64,000 nucleotides of DNA. It comes from an uncultured Flavobacteriaceae bacterium (GTDB lineage Bacteria > Bacteroidota > Bacteroidia > Flavobacteriales > Weeksellaceae). Position 1 is the stretch's first letter; each line of letters begins with the position of its first letter. Below are positions 9,872-19,103 of this stretch, in pieces. Below the pieces are notes generated by a model. The model had not been told where the DNA came from. It did no database searches and saw only the letters and a list, made by a program, of their open reading frames with translations. The DNA is taken from assembly GCA_963530295.1 (NCBI GenBank), contig CAUSCF010000003.1:77747-141746 (forward strand), written 5' to 3'. The position numbers and the translations under genes were made by a program.

Positions 9872-10618
9872 ATGTTTGAATTTTTTAGCAACATATCAAA
9901 AATTAAATTTGTAGGAGAACTAACAGTGGATGTTGTTTTCTTACGACTTTTACTGGCTGTCATTTTTGGAGGGCTTGTCGGCATCGAAAGAGAAAGAAAA
10001 CATAAACCTGCTGGATTCAGAACTTACATCCTAGTGTGTTTTGGGGCGGCGATAGTTTCCATGGTTCAAGACCAACTAAGACTAAATATCTACGGCTTTG
10101 AAAAAGATTTCCATGGTCTCGCATCCATTATGAAAACAGACTTGGGGCGTCTTGGGGCGCAGGTTATCAGTGGAATAGGCTTCTTAGGTGCTGGGAGCAT
10201 CATCAAAGAAAAAGGCGAAGTAGGCGGACTGACCACCGCGGCTGGAATCTGGGCAACTGGCTGTGTGGGATTAGGAATAGGCTGGGGATTTTATAACATT
10301 GCACTCATTGCCATTATTTTTATGCTCATCATCATGATAGCACTGAAAAAGGTAGAAACTGTTTTCATGAAAAAATCTTCTAATCTGATTTTTGAAATTG
10401 AAATCGATGAAAATGCCGCTGTTTCAGAAATAATTTCCGAATGCCATGCTGTTTTTCTACAAAAAGATATAAACATCAATAAAGTTGATAAAAACCTGAA
10501 AAACAATATTATAACATTCAATGCGACCACCGAAGAAAGTAATAACAACATCGCCGAAATCGTGATGATTCTTTCCTCAAAAAATAATATAAAATCAGTA
10601 AAAGATATGAGTATTTAA
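9872..10618 (+). CDS. MgtC/SapB family membrane protein
   Basis: 248 aa. LLLAVIFGGLVGIERERKHKPAGFRTY is the typical MgtC N-terminal membrane domain. Confidence 0.8.
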   Translation: MFEFFSNISKIKFVGELTVDVVFLRLLLAVIFGGLVGIERERKHKPAGFRTYILVCFGAAIVSMVQDQLRLNIYGFEKDFHGLASIMKTDLGRLGAQVISGIGFLGAGSIIKEKGEVGGLTTAAGIWATGCVGLGIGWGFYNIALIAIIFMLIIMIALKKVETVFMKKSSNLIFEIEIDENAAVSEIISECHAVFLQKDININKVDKNLKNNIITFNATTEESNNNIAEIVMILSSKNNIKSVKDMSI

Positions 10619-10655
10619 TATTCTTTAAATTTGTCTATCAAAAAACATAATAAAA

Positions 10656-11468
10656 ATGATTCCTACACAAGAACAAATTGAGCAATTAGTTGCTGACCTT
10701 AATGCTGGTACACAGCGGGAGATGATTCGTATCAAACTATCTTTATCTGATAGTTTAGCACTTACCGATAGTAAATTCGGTGGTATGCCCTATGTCCCAA
10801 AAAGAGGCTCATTACCTACAAGTGCTGAAGGCAAACCACTCTTTATGCTGGCACAAATTAACTGTGAACAACTACCCGAAAACAATATCTATCCTAAAAA
10901 AGGTCTATTGCAGTTCTGGATAGCAGATACTGAAGATTATCTATTTGGGCTAGACTTTGACAATCCTTGCAGTAATGATTTTAAGCGAGTACTTTACTAC
11001 CCTACTATTGGTGAAGCTTTGCCCATTGATAATTTTATAGAAGATTATGTTTTTGATAATGACAATTTGCCTTTTGATGCTGATTTGCAGTTTGCTTTAC
11101 ATTTTACCAAAGAAATTGAAACTTTTTCATTGGACGAAAATTCCGCACAAAAACTTTTTATAGAAAAGTGGAATAAAACCTTTTCAGACAAAATAGAGTA
11201 TCTATATCAGTTACCTGATGAAGCTAATTTTATTCGTGATTTAGATAGCACAGGGCACAAGATTGGTGGTTATCCTTACTTCACCCAAGATGATCCTCGT
11301 AAAAAAAATGACCCTCATACCCTACTTCTTCTTCAAATAGATTCTGATGAAATAGAAGATGTAGAAATTATATGGGGTGATTGTGGCGTGGCTAACTTCT
11401 TTATAAACCCAGAAGATTTGGCGAAATGCCAGTTTGATGATGTAATGTACAACTGGGACTGTACTTAA
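10656..11468 (+). CDS. DUF1963 (YwqG-like) domain protein
   Basis: 270 aa. HKIGGYPYFTQDDP and IWGDCGVANFFI motifs resemble the YwqG family. Confidence 0.65.
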   Translation: MIPTQEQIEQLVADLNAGTQREMIRIKLSLSDSLALTDSKFGGMPYVPKRGSLPTSAEGKPLFMLAQINCEQLPENNIYPKKGLLQFWIADTEDYLFGLDFDNPCSNDFKRVLYYPTIGEALPIDNFIEDYVFDNDNLPFDADLQFALHFTKEIETFSLDENSAQKLFIEKWNKTFSDKIEYLYQLPDEANFIRDLDSTGHKIGGYPYFTQDDPRKKNDPHTLLLLQIDSDEIEDVEIIWGDCGVANFFINPEDLAKCQFDDVMYNWDCT

Positions 11469-11509
11469 GTTTTTATATACGCACAAAAATTTTACTTAAA
11501 AATATTCAT

Positions 11510-11548
11510 AAAAAAGCGAACCCTAAAATTTAGAGTTCGCTTCTTTTT
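11510..11548. terminator. bidirectional terminator between convergent genes
   Basis: A-run, stem AAGCGAAC / GTTCGCTT, T-run, between the DUF1963 gene end and the pgk end. Confidence 0.6.
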
Positions 11549-11558
11549 ATAATTACAA

Positions 11559-12749
11559 TTATTTGTTAATAGCTGATACTCCTGGAAGTTCCAGTCCTTC
11601 AAGGCTTTCCAGCATCGCTCCACCACCTGTGGATACATAAGAAACCTTATCTCCGTAGCCAAACTGCTTCACGAATGCCACGCTGTCCCCTCCCCCTACG
11701 AGAGAAAACGCACCAGCCTTAGTAGCTTCTGCTATGCTGTCTCCCAGAGCCTTAGTTCCTTCAGCAAAATTAGACATTTCAAAAACTCCCAAAGGACCAT
11801 TCCAAAGAATAGTTTTGGAATTCATAATCACATCGTTATTTATTTTCTGTGACTCACTTCCTACATCCAGCCCCATCCAGCCGTCAGGAATTTCATTTGC
11901 TGCCACTTCTTTTCTTTCGGCATCATTGTTAAACTCTTTCGCTGCGATAACATCTACAGGAATGTATACTTTAACATTCTGATTTTTAGCCTTTTCTAAA
12001 ATTTCTAAAGCCAAATCCAGTTTGTCATCCTCCACCAAAGAATTTCCTACATTTCCTCCCTGCGCTTTGATAAAAGTGAAAGCCATTCCACCACCGATAA
12101 TCAGATTATCCACCACTGGCAGAATATTTTCTATAATAGTGATTTTGGTAGAAACTTTAGAACCACCAAGTATCGCCGTAATAGGCTTTTCTCCAGAGTG
12201 AAGGACTTTATCTATCGCTTCTAATTCTTTCGCCATAAGCAGCCCGAAAAACTTAGTCTGAGGAAAAAATTCAGCGATTACAGCTGTAGAAGCATGTGCT
12301 CTGTGAGCCGTACCAAAGGCATCATTCACATACGCATCGCCTAATTTAGCTAACTTTTCTGCAAATGCCTTGTCTCCTTTTTCTTCCTCGTTATAGAATC
12401 TAAGGTTTTCTAATAGGAGAATTTCTCCGCTTTTCAGCTCAGAAGCCAGTTTTACAGCCTCTTCACCGATGCAGTCCTCAGCGAACATCACAGATTTACC
12501 CAAAATTTTTTCTATCTCAGGAAGAATGTGTTTTAGTGAGTATTTATCGTTTTTCTCTCCTTTTGGTCGTCCAAGGTGGGTCATCAGGATAACCGAACCG
12601 CCATCGGAAAGAATTTTTTCAATAGTAGGTTTCACAGCTGTGATTCTGGTATTATCCGTTACCTTTAGGTTTTCATCCTGAGGGACATTAAAGTCTACTC
12701 TTACCAAGGCTTTTTTACCAGAAAAATCAAATTGTTTAATCGTTTTCAT
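11559..12749 (-). CDS. pgk: phosphoglycerate kinase
   Basis: 396 aa. [15 protein letters not shown] and the C-terminal STGGGA motif. Confidence 0.96.
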   Translation of the reverse strand: MKTIKQFDFSGKKALVRVDFNVPQDENLKVTDNTRITAVKPTIEKILSDGGSVILMTHLGRPKGEKNDKYSLKHILPEIEKILGKSVMFAEDCIGEEAVKLASELKSGEILLLENLRFYNEEEKGDKAFAEKLAKLGDAYVNDAFGTAHRAHASTAVIAEFFPQTKFFGLLMAKELEAIDKVLHSGEKPITAILGGSKVSTKITIIENILPVVDNLIIGGGMAFTFIKAQGGNVGNSLVEDDKLDLALEILEKAKNQNVKVYIPVDVIAAKEFNNDAERKEVAANEIPDGWMGLDVGSESQKINNDVIMNSKTILWNGPLGVFEMSNFAEGTKALGDSIAEATKAGAFSLVGGGDSVAFVKQFGYGDKVSYVSTGGGAMLESLEGLELPGVSAINK

Positions 12750-12779
12750 ATGTACATATTTTTATTTGATTACTTTCTG

Positions 12780-12787
12780 CAAAGTTA
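12780..12787 (-). promoter_or_regulatory. candidate Bacteroidota -7 box (TAACTTTG) for pgk
   Basis: Matches TAnnTTTG, about 30 nt upstream of the pgk ATG. Confidence 0.35.
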
Positions 12788-13236
12788 AATTATAAATTCG
12801 TCCAATAAAAATTTTAGCTGACAAAAAATTACCCAATCAACACACTATTACAATATTCATTTTTTCTGTTTAATTTAAAAAAGATATATGATGTATATTG
12901 TTATAGAGCTGGGTTTAGTGGATAAATTTTTTATGAAAGTTTAGCACAAATATTTTAGCCGAAATTCATAGATAATTCACATCATAAAGCATTGATTTTA
13001 AATTTATAAAAGGGCTTATCAACATTCGTGAATAAGTCTGAAATAAAGACAATGTGACCAAGTGTAATGTGAATAAGTCTATTAAAAAACAAATGTTTTT
13101 ATTTGAAAATAATTATTGACTGGTGGGAAAATTTTTCTCATTAGAATTTTATTTCGGATTTCAAAATATTTTTTCTTGGAAGTTTTCCACATGGAATAAA
13201 GATAGTTTTTCCTCATTAGCCACAGACATTGTTAAT

Positions 13237-13274
13237 AAAAAAAATCAGATTCAGTTTTTGAGGCTGAACCTGAT
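13237..13274 (-). terminator. rho-independent terminator after the 13300-14007 gene
   Basis: Arms ATCAGATTCAG / CTGAACCTGAT (1 mismatch), with a T-run on the minus strand. Confidence 0.55.
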
Positions 13275-13299
13275 GAAAAGCACCTATATAGCTTGGTTT

Positions 13300-14007
13300 T
13301 TATTTCGTAGTAATTGTTATAAAAGAATCATCGTTTTTGAATTTAAATCCTTTTTTCCTTACATCATCTACATTAAACTTTATTTCTACCGTGTTGTTAT
13401 TTACTTTTCTTACTAAATCATGTTTTCCTTCTATTTTCTTTATTTCCGAATTGAAATGGAAAGTTACCCGATAGTCTTTAGTAAATATCATCCAATCGAA
13501 GCCACATTCTTTGTCTTGATTTATTTTGACGAGTATATCATTTAATACAGAAGTATTTATTTTTAAAGTTTTTCCGTCCCATTCATTTTTGGAGAACAAA
13601 TCAAGAATTGGTAAGGATTTTTCCTCTTTTTTATTGAACATAATGGACAATTCTTTATTAGTCAGTTTATCAGTTTTAAAGGAAATATCTGTAAGATCAT
13701 CCTTATCATAGCTGCCTTTTACATATATTTTTTTCATTACTGCTATGGTGTCTGGAGCGGTGATTCTTTCTTTTTTATCCTTTTTTAGGTTCATCTCATA
13801 CAAGCTGGTCCATTCTTTTGGGAGATCATCTTTATCTTTCTTATCCTTCTTATTCTCATCTTTAAAGATTTTCGCTGCTTCTTTCCCATCGATGTCCATC
13901 ACTATACTCTGTGTTTTGTCTTCGTGCAGGGTAATATCAGCATTCACATTACACGAAAACAAGGTCATCACTAGACCTATCATCCAAAAATAAATCTTAT
14001 TTTTCAT
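13300..14007 (-). CDS. hypothetical lipoprotein
   Basis: 235 aa. Signal peptide plus lipobox MKNKIYFWMIGLVMTLFSC. Lys/Asp-rich. No family recognised. Confidence 0.6.
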   Translation of the reverse strand: MKNKIYFWMIGLVMTLFSCNVNADITLHEDKTQSIVMDIDGKEAAKIFKDENKKDKKDKDDLPKEWTSLYEMNLKKDKKERITAPDTIAVMKKIYVKGSYDKDDLTDISFKTDKLTNKELSIMFNKKEEKSLPILDLFSKNEWDGKTLKINTSVLNDILVKINQDKECGFDWMIFTKDYRVTFHFNSEIKKIEGKHDLVRKVNNNTVEIKFNVDDVRKKGFKFKNDDSFITITTK

Positions 14008-14084
14008 TGCAATAAATTTTTGTTTAAATTTAATAAAAAAAATTGGAACAAATTCATATAAAATTCATCCCAATTTTTACTTTT

Positions 14085-14678
14085 TTATTTGTTGTAAAGC
14101 TCCTCTACTTTGTCCCAGTTAATCACTTCAAAAAATGCACTGATGTAGTCTGGTCTTCTGTTTTGGTAATTTAGATAATATGCATGTTCCCAGACATCTA
14201 TCCCTAGAATAGGCGTACCAGAGCAGCCAGCATTCGGCATCAGCGGGTTGTCCTGATTCGGAGTGGAGCAGATTTCTACTTCGCCGTTTTCTTTCTTACA
14301 CAGCCAAGCCCATCCAGAACCAAATCTTGTCTTAGCAGCCTCTGAAAAATCAGCCTTGAATTTCTCAAAACCGCCGTAGTTTTCTATCGCTTTTTTTACA
14401 TTTCCCACAGGTTCTTTAGCTCCATTGGGAGTTAGAATTTCCCAGAAAAGAGAGTGGTTGTAGTGTCCTCCTCCATTGTTTCTCAGCGCGGGTGCTTCTG
14501 CTGCCTTACAGATTTCTTCTATGCTTTTCCCTTCTAGGTTGGTTCCCTCTATGGCTTTATTAAGATTATCTATATACGCCTGATGATGTTTGGTATGGTG
14601 GATTTCCATAGTTTTGGCATCTATTGTAGGTTCTAGTGCATCGTATGCATATTCTAGTTTAGGTAAGTTAAATGACAT
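14085..14678 (-). CDS. superoxide dismutase (Fe/Mn family)
   Basis: 197 aa. [22 protein letters not shown] and DVWEHAYYL motifs. Confidence 0.95.
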   Translation of the reverse strand: MSFNLPKLEYAYDALEPTIDAKTMEIHHTKHHQAYIDNLNKAIEGTNLEGKSIEEICKAAEAPALRNNGGGHYNHSLFWEILTPNGAKEPVGNVKKAIENYGGFEKFKADFSEAAKTRFGSGWAWLCKKENGEVEICSTPNQDNPLMPNAGCSGTPILGIDVWEHAYYLNYQNRRPDYISAFFEVINWDKVEELYNK

Positions 14679-14843
14679 AATATATTCTATTTAAAAATTC
14701 CGCCAAAAGTAAATAAAAATCAAATATTATAATCAATTTTCCCAAGAGATTTTATCAATGATTGAAATATATGCATTAACTTTGAGATAAATTTTAAGTA
14801 GAATTTTTGTGATTTTTTTAATTGATTTTAAATTCAAAAAACA

Positions 14844-15194
14844 ATGAAAAAGAAATTATTTTATGGTGTTTTTCTATTGATGAGTTTATTTTCTTGTGAA
14901 AGAATTATAGATAACTATTGGAAGGAACAGGAAAGAAAAAACTACACCTCGCCCTATATGGGAACTTGGACAGGAACTTACACAGGAGATGAAAGAGGGA
15001 CTTTCACTCTGGAAGTATCAAAAAGCGGCTATATGAAAAGAGTAACAAGGACTTCGGGAACTTTTTACGAAGAACAAAGTATGGGATGTGTGCTACATGA
15101 TGGAACATTACAGCAGGTATATTCGGGAGATTCTAAATTTATGATTCAAGGAAGTCTGCGCTTCGGTAAAGGCGAGTGGAAAAAAGAAGGATAA
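14844..15194 (+). CDS. hypothetical small lipoprotein
   Basis: 116 aa. MKKKLFYGVFLLMSLFSC signal peptide plus lipobox. Confidence 0.5.
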   Translation: MKKKLFYGVFLLMSLFSCERIIDNYWKEQERKNYTSPYMGTWTGTYTGDERGTFTLEVSKSGYMKRVTRTSGTFYEEQSMGCVLHDGTLQQVYSGDSKFMIQGSLRFGKGEWKKEG

Positions 15195-15269
15195 AGAGGC
15201 ACTTGGGTAGCTACGAGAAGATAATTTTTTTTTAAAAATAAAATTATATTTACATAAACAATTAGTCAA

Positions 15270-16778
15270 ATGAAAAAAACAGCAATAGGAATTATGGCAG
15301 TGGCGGCTTCTATGATGCACGCCCAGTCCAAAGAGTATTCTCTGAATTTTGATTCAGAAAAATACACCATAAAAACGGCTCAGGTAGCAGGAAAAGAAAT
15401 TTCTTTCAGAGCTTACGAAGATGTAGTCTATGTCAGCCATCCTGTGGATGTACGATATCAGAGTATGAACATTTATATCCCTGTGGAATACTACGAGGGA
15501 AAAAACATCAGAAAGTATAATGCTGATACAGCGCCTATTTTCCTCCCAAATGATGTAGGTAGATATATGTCCTCACAAGCAGGAGAGCCAATAAAAGACC
15601 GAATAACAGGCAAGGACAATGCTATCCTTGTCGCCCTGTCCAAAGGCTATGTAGTGGCATCTCCAGGAGCAAGAGGGCGTAAACTTACTAATGATAAAGC
15701 ACAATACATTGGCAAAGCTCCTGCTGCGATAGTAGATTTAAAGGCGGCGGTGAGGTATCTTAGATTTAATGATAAAATAATGCCGGGTAATGCCGAAAAA
15801 ATCATTTCTAACGGAACAAGAGCAGGCGGAGCCCTTTCAGCGCTTTTGGGAGCGAGTGGAAATCAGAAAATTTATCATTCTTACTTGAATGAATTAGGCG
15901 CTGCTGCTGCGAGAGATGATATTTTTGCGGTCTCTGCCTATTGCCCAATTACCAATCTTGACAATGCTGATGCAGCCTACGAATGGCAGTATGGACATGT
16001 GAAGGATTATAAGGTAATAAATCTTGTCCATCCTGGTTATATTGAGATATTCACAAAAACCTTGACTGAGGAACAAATCGCTGTTCAGCCCAAATTAGCT
16101 GCTATGTTTCCTAAATATGTGAATTCCTTAAAACTAAAAGATGAAAACGGAAAAACATTGATGCTCAATGATAAAGGAGAAGGAACATTCAAAGAATATG
16201 TGAAAAAATTTGTGATAAATTCAGCAAACAAAGCCATCTCGGAAGGAAAGGATTTGAGTAAATATTCTTGGCTTGAGTTTAAAAATAAAAAAGTAGTAGG
16301 GCTGGATTTTAAAACTTATTCCAAAGAATATCTTTCTAGAAGTAAATCCGCTCCTGCGTTTGATGCTTTGGATTTATCTGCTGGAGAGAATAATTTGTTT
16401 GGAGATTTAACGGTTGATAATAAACATTTTACAAAATTTTCTTTTGATAATAATACAGCCAAGTTTTTCATAACAGAATATCCTGTCGAAGGTGGAGCCA
16501 GAACATATGAATATACAAAAGCCGAAATGGCGGATACGGATATCGTAAAAATGATGAATCCGATGAATTTCATTAAAAACACATCCACCCAAAACTGGAG
16601 AATAAGACACGGCGCCAAAGATGCGGATACTTCCCTTGCGATTTCTACAATTCTTGCGACTACCCTTAGAAACCATAAAAAAGCTGTAGATTTTGCTATG
16701 CCTTGGGACATAGTACACAGAGGCGACTATGATTTGGAAGAACTTTTCGAATGGATAGATAAAATCTCAACAAAATAA
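15270..16778 (+). CDS. secreted tannase-family (subtype B-like) alpha/beta hydrolase with Arg at the nucleophile position
   Basis: 502 aa with a signal peptide. Blocks DDIFAVSAYCPITNL, AYEWQ, WRIRHGAKDADTS and PWDIVHRGDYD resemble Lactobacillus-type tannase. The nucleophile elbow reads GTRAG instead of GxSxG. Confidence 0.7.
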   Translation: MKKTAIGIMAVAASMMHAQSKEYSLNFDSEKYTIKTAQVAGKEISFRAYEDVVYVSHPVDVRYQSMNIYIPVEYYEGKNIRKYNADTAPIFLPNDVGRYMSSQAGEPIKDRITGKDNAILVALSKGYVVASPGARGRKLTNDKAQYIGKAPAAIVDLKAAVRYLRFNDKIMPGNAEKIISNGTRAGGALSALLGASGNQKIYHSYLNELGAAAARDDIFAVSAYCPITNLDNADAAYEWQYGHVKDYKVINLVHPGYIEIFTKTLTEEQIAVQPKLAAMFPKYVNSLKLKDENGKTLMLNDKGEGTFKEYVKKFVINSANKAISEGKDLSKYSWLEFKNKKVVGLDFKTYSKEYLSRSKSAPAFDALDLSAGENNLFGDLTVDNKHFTKFSFDNNTAKFFITEYPVEGGARTYEYTKAEMADTDIVKMMNPMNFIKNTSTQNWRIRHGAKDADTSLAISTILATTLRNHKKAVDFAMPWDIVHRGDYDLEELFEWIDKISTK

Positions 16779-16792
16779 AACTCCTAAAAACG

Positions 16793-16821
16793 AAAAAACT
16801 CGGAATTTCCGAGGTTTTTTT
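16793..16821. terminator. bidirectional terminator between the esterase and rho
   Basis: A-run, stem CTCGG / CCGAG, T-run. Confidence 0.5.
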
Positions 16822-18475
16822 ATTTGTTCATAGACATTAGGAATTCTTCGTTGTTCAGAGTTGCTTTCATTTGTTTTTCTACAAATTCCATAGCTTCTAC
16901 AGGATTCATATCAGAAAGATATTTTCTTAAAATCCACATTCTCTGCTGAGTAGTTTCATCATGCAGCAGGTCGTCCCTTCTCGTGCTGGAAGCCACCAAA
17001 TCCACTGCAGGGAAAACCCTTTTATTAGCGATTTTTCTATCCAGCAGGAGTTCCATGTTTCCTGTTCCTTTGAATTCTTCAAAAATCACTTCATCCATTT
17101 TAGAACCTGTATCTATCAGAGCTGTAGCGATGATGGTCAAAGAACCGCCACCTTCTATTTTTCTAGCCGCTCCGAAAAATCTTTTTGGTTTGTGCAGTGC
17201 ATTGGCATCTACTCCACCGGAGAGGATTTTTCCAGAGGCAGGAGTTACCGTGTTATAGGCTCTCGCCAGACGAGTGATAGAATCTAGTAAAATTACCACA
17301 TCATGTCCGCATTCTACCATTCTTTGGGCTTTAGACAGAACCAAATTGGCTACTTTTACATGTTTTTCTGCCGCTTCATCAAAGGTAGAAGCGATTACTT
17401 CTGCATTCACACTTCGCTGCATATCAGTCACTTCCTCTGGTCTTTCATCTATCAGAAGAATCATCATATAGGCTTCTGGGTGATTTGCCGAGATGGAATT
17501 GGCAATGTCTTTCAGGAGCATAGTTTTCCCTGTTTTAGGCTGGGCTACTATCATTGCTCTTTGTCCTTTTCCTATTGGAGCGAATAGATCCACTATTCTA
17601 GTAGAAAGGGTGGAATTTTTTCCAGTTAAATTAAATTTCTCTTGTGGGAATAGCGGAGTGAGATATTCAAAAGCTACTCTGTCTTTGATGAAATGCAGGT
17701 CTCTGCCATTTACTTCCAATGCTTTTTGGAGCGAAAAATATTTTTCTCCTTCTTTTGGAAGTCGGACGATACCTTTCACGGTATCACCAGTTTTTAGACC
17801 ATAATTTCTGATTTGGTTGGTAGAGACAAATACATCGTCTGGAGAAGAAATATAATTGAAATCCGAAGAACGGAGGAATCCATAGTTGTCAGGAAGAATC
17901 TCTAAAACACCCTCTACGATTACAATATTGTCAAAATTAAATTCCTTTTTAGGAGGATTTTGCTCTTCGTTTTCGGATTCTTTGTTTTCTGATTGTTTTG
18001 TGTTTTCTTTTTGTTTGGTTTTCTTTTTTAGAGGTTTTTCTCCTTCATTGGTTTTCTCTTCCGAAATATTTTCCTCTACTGCTGCCGAAGCTGGAATATT
18101 AGCTTCTTTTTCTTTTGTATTTTTAGGAGATTTTTTGGTTTTTGGAGTAGTTTTTTTCTCCTCTTTGGCAGGTTTTTCGGTTTTTGATTCTGTTTCTTCT
18201 TTTTTGTCCGAAATATTTTCTTCTGCTGGTTTTTCTACTCTTTTTCTTTTAGTAGTTTTTTTCTCTGGAGTTTGGTTTTCAGTGGTGTTCTCAGGTTTCT
18301 CTTCGGTTGCATTATAGTATTCTTTTGCTACTTTGGGATTTGCAGCTTGAAAGTCAAGAATAGCGAAAACTTTATCATTTTCTGTGCTGTTTCTTGCTAC
18401 TTTAATGCCTAAATCTTTACAAATTTTAGTCAATTCTGTTGTAGATTTTGACTGTAGGCTTTCAATGTTAAACAT
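16820..18475 (-). CDS. rho: transcription termination factor Rho with a long N-terminal K/E-rich insertion
   Basis: 551 aa. Walker A PKTGKT and the RNA-binding OB block GFLRS...VFVS. About 120 aa of low complexity lies between the N-terminal helix bundle and the OB fold. Confidence 0.95.
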   Translation of the reverse strand: MFNIESLQSKSTTELTKICKDLGIKVARNSTENDKVFAILDFQAANPKVAKEYYNATEEKPENTTENQTPEKKTTKRKRVEKPAEENISDKKEETESKTEKPAKEEKKTTPKTKKSPKNTKEKEANIPASAAVEENISEEKTNEGEKPLKKKTKQKENTKQSENKESENEEQNPPKKEFNFDNIVIVEGVLEILPDNYGFLRSSDFNYISSPDDVFVSTNQIRNYGLKTGDTVKGIVRLPKEGEKYFSLQKALEVNGRDLHFIKDRVAFEYLTPLFPQEKFNLTGKNSTLSTRIVDLFAPIGKGQRAMIVAQPKTGKTMLLKDIANSISANHPEAYMMILLIDERPEEVTDMQRSVNAEVIASTFDEAAEKHVKVANLVLSKAQRMVECGHDVVILLDSITRLARAYNTVTPASGKILSGGVDANALHKPKRFFGAARKIEGGGSLTIIATALIDTGSKMDEVIFEEFKGTGNMELLLDRKIANKRVFPAVDLVASSTRRDDLLHDETTQQRMWILRKYLSDMNPVEAMEFVEKQMKATLNNEEFLMSMNK

Positions 18476-18626
18476 ATAAATTTTTAGTAAATGTAATTAA
18501 AATCAATGTAAAATTAAGATGTAATTAGGAACAAATGATAGAAGTCCACTGCTCCTTTAATCGAAAAATATGCTGCAAATCTACACTATTTTTGATAAAT
18601 ACAAAAAAATATTTTATTTTTGCACC

Positions 18627-19004
18627 ATGTTACAAAGAATACAGACTATATTTATTCTCATTGCAGGGCTTGCCACTGTGGGACTTTTTTTGACATCAAA
18701 AGATGTTGAAATTCTAGGTTTTTTGGGCGGAGTAGGATTTTTGGGAGCAGTAGAATTCATCTGTATTTTTATGTACAAAAATAGAGGAAGACAAATACTG
18801 CTGAATAATATCAGCATTGTTATAAACGCTTTGTTGATAGGGTTATTGGTTTATTGGTTACTAAATTTACCTGGAGGAATGGATTTTCCTGAGAAAGGTA
18901 TTGAGCCGATATTTCCGCTGATTTCTATTGTGTTTTTATTTATGGCAAATAAAAATATCCGTAGAGATGAGAGGCTTGTAAAATCTGTAGACAGACTCCG
19001 ATAG
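18627..19004 (+). CDS. DUF4293-like small membrane protein
   Basis: Start placed at ATG 18627 (MLQRIQTIFILIAG). Four predicted TM segments. Confidence 0.6.
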   Translation: MLQRIQTIFILIAGLATVGLFLTSKDVEILGFLGGVGFLGAVEFICIFMYKNRGRQILLNNISIVINALLIGLLVYWLLNLPGGMDFPEKGIEPIFPLISIVFLFMANKNIRRDERLVKSVDRLR

Positions 19005-19028
19005 CTATACAACGATTTATTTTGAGTG

Positions 19029-19057
19029 AAAAACCAGTCTTTTGGGCTGGTTTTTTT
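19029..19057 (+). terminator. rho-independent terminator
   Basis: AAACCAG...CTGGTTTTTTT hairpin plus T-run after the 19004 stop. Confidence 0.5.
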
Positions 19058-19103
19058 GTATAAGAAAAAAAATTGTAATTTGGTCAGTTGAAATTTTTAT
19101 TTG

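Noticed and set aside
12627-12638. Perfect 12-bp palindrome TCACAGCTGTGA inside pgk (CRP-like half-sites)
   Set aside because: It lies inside a conserved coding region. The spacing does not fit the CRP consensus. It is most simply a coincidence of codons.
13123-13416. 97-aa plus-strand ORF in the pgk-upstream spacer
   Set aside because: It starts with a non-ATG codon in a region with no promoter cue. It overlaps the 3' end and terminator of the convincing minus-strand lipoprotein gene. The translation is Phe/Tyr/Ile-rich, typical of random AT-rich sequence.
14755-14765. Small palindrome TCAATgATTGA in the divergent promoter region upstream of the superoxide dismutase gene (possible Fur/PerR-type box)
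   Set aside because: It has only 5-bp arms in very AT-rich DNA, which is well within chance expectation. It is only a weak resemblance to Fur-box half-sites.
17886-18317. 143-aa plus-strand ORF rich in Ser/Phe opposite rho
   Set aside because: It is the mirror image of the K/E-rich low-complexity insertion of Rho (AAG/GAA codons read as CTT/TTC). It is not an independent gene.
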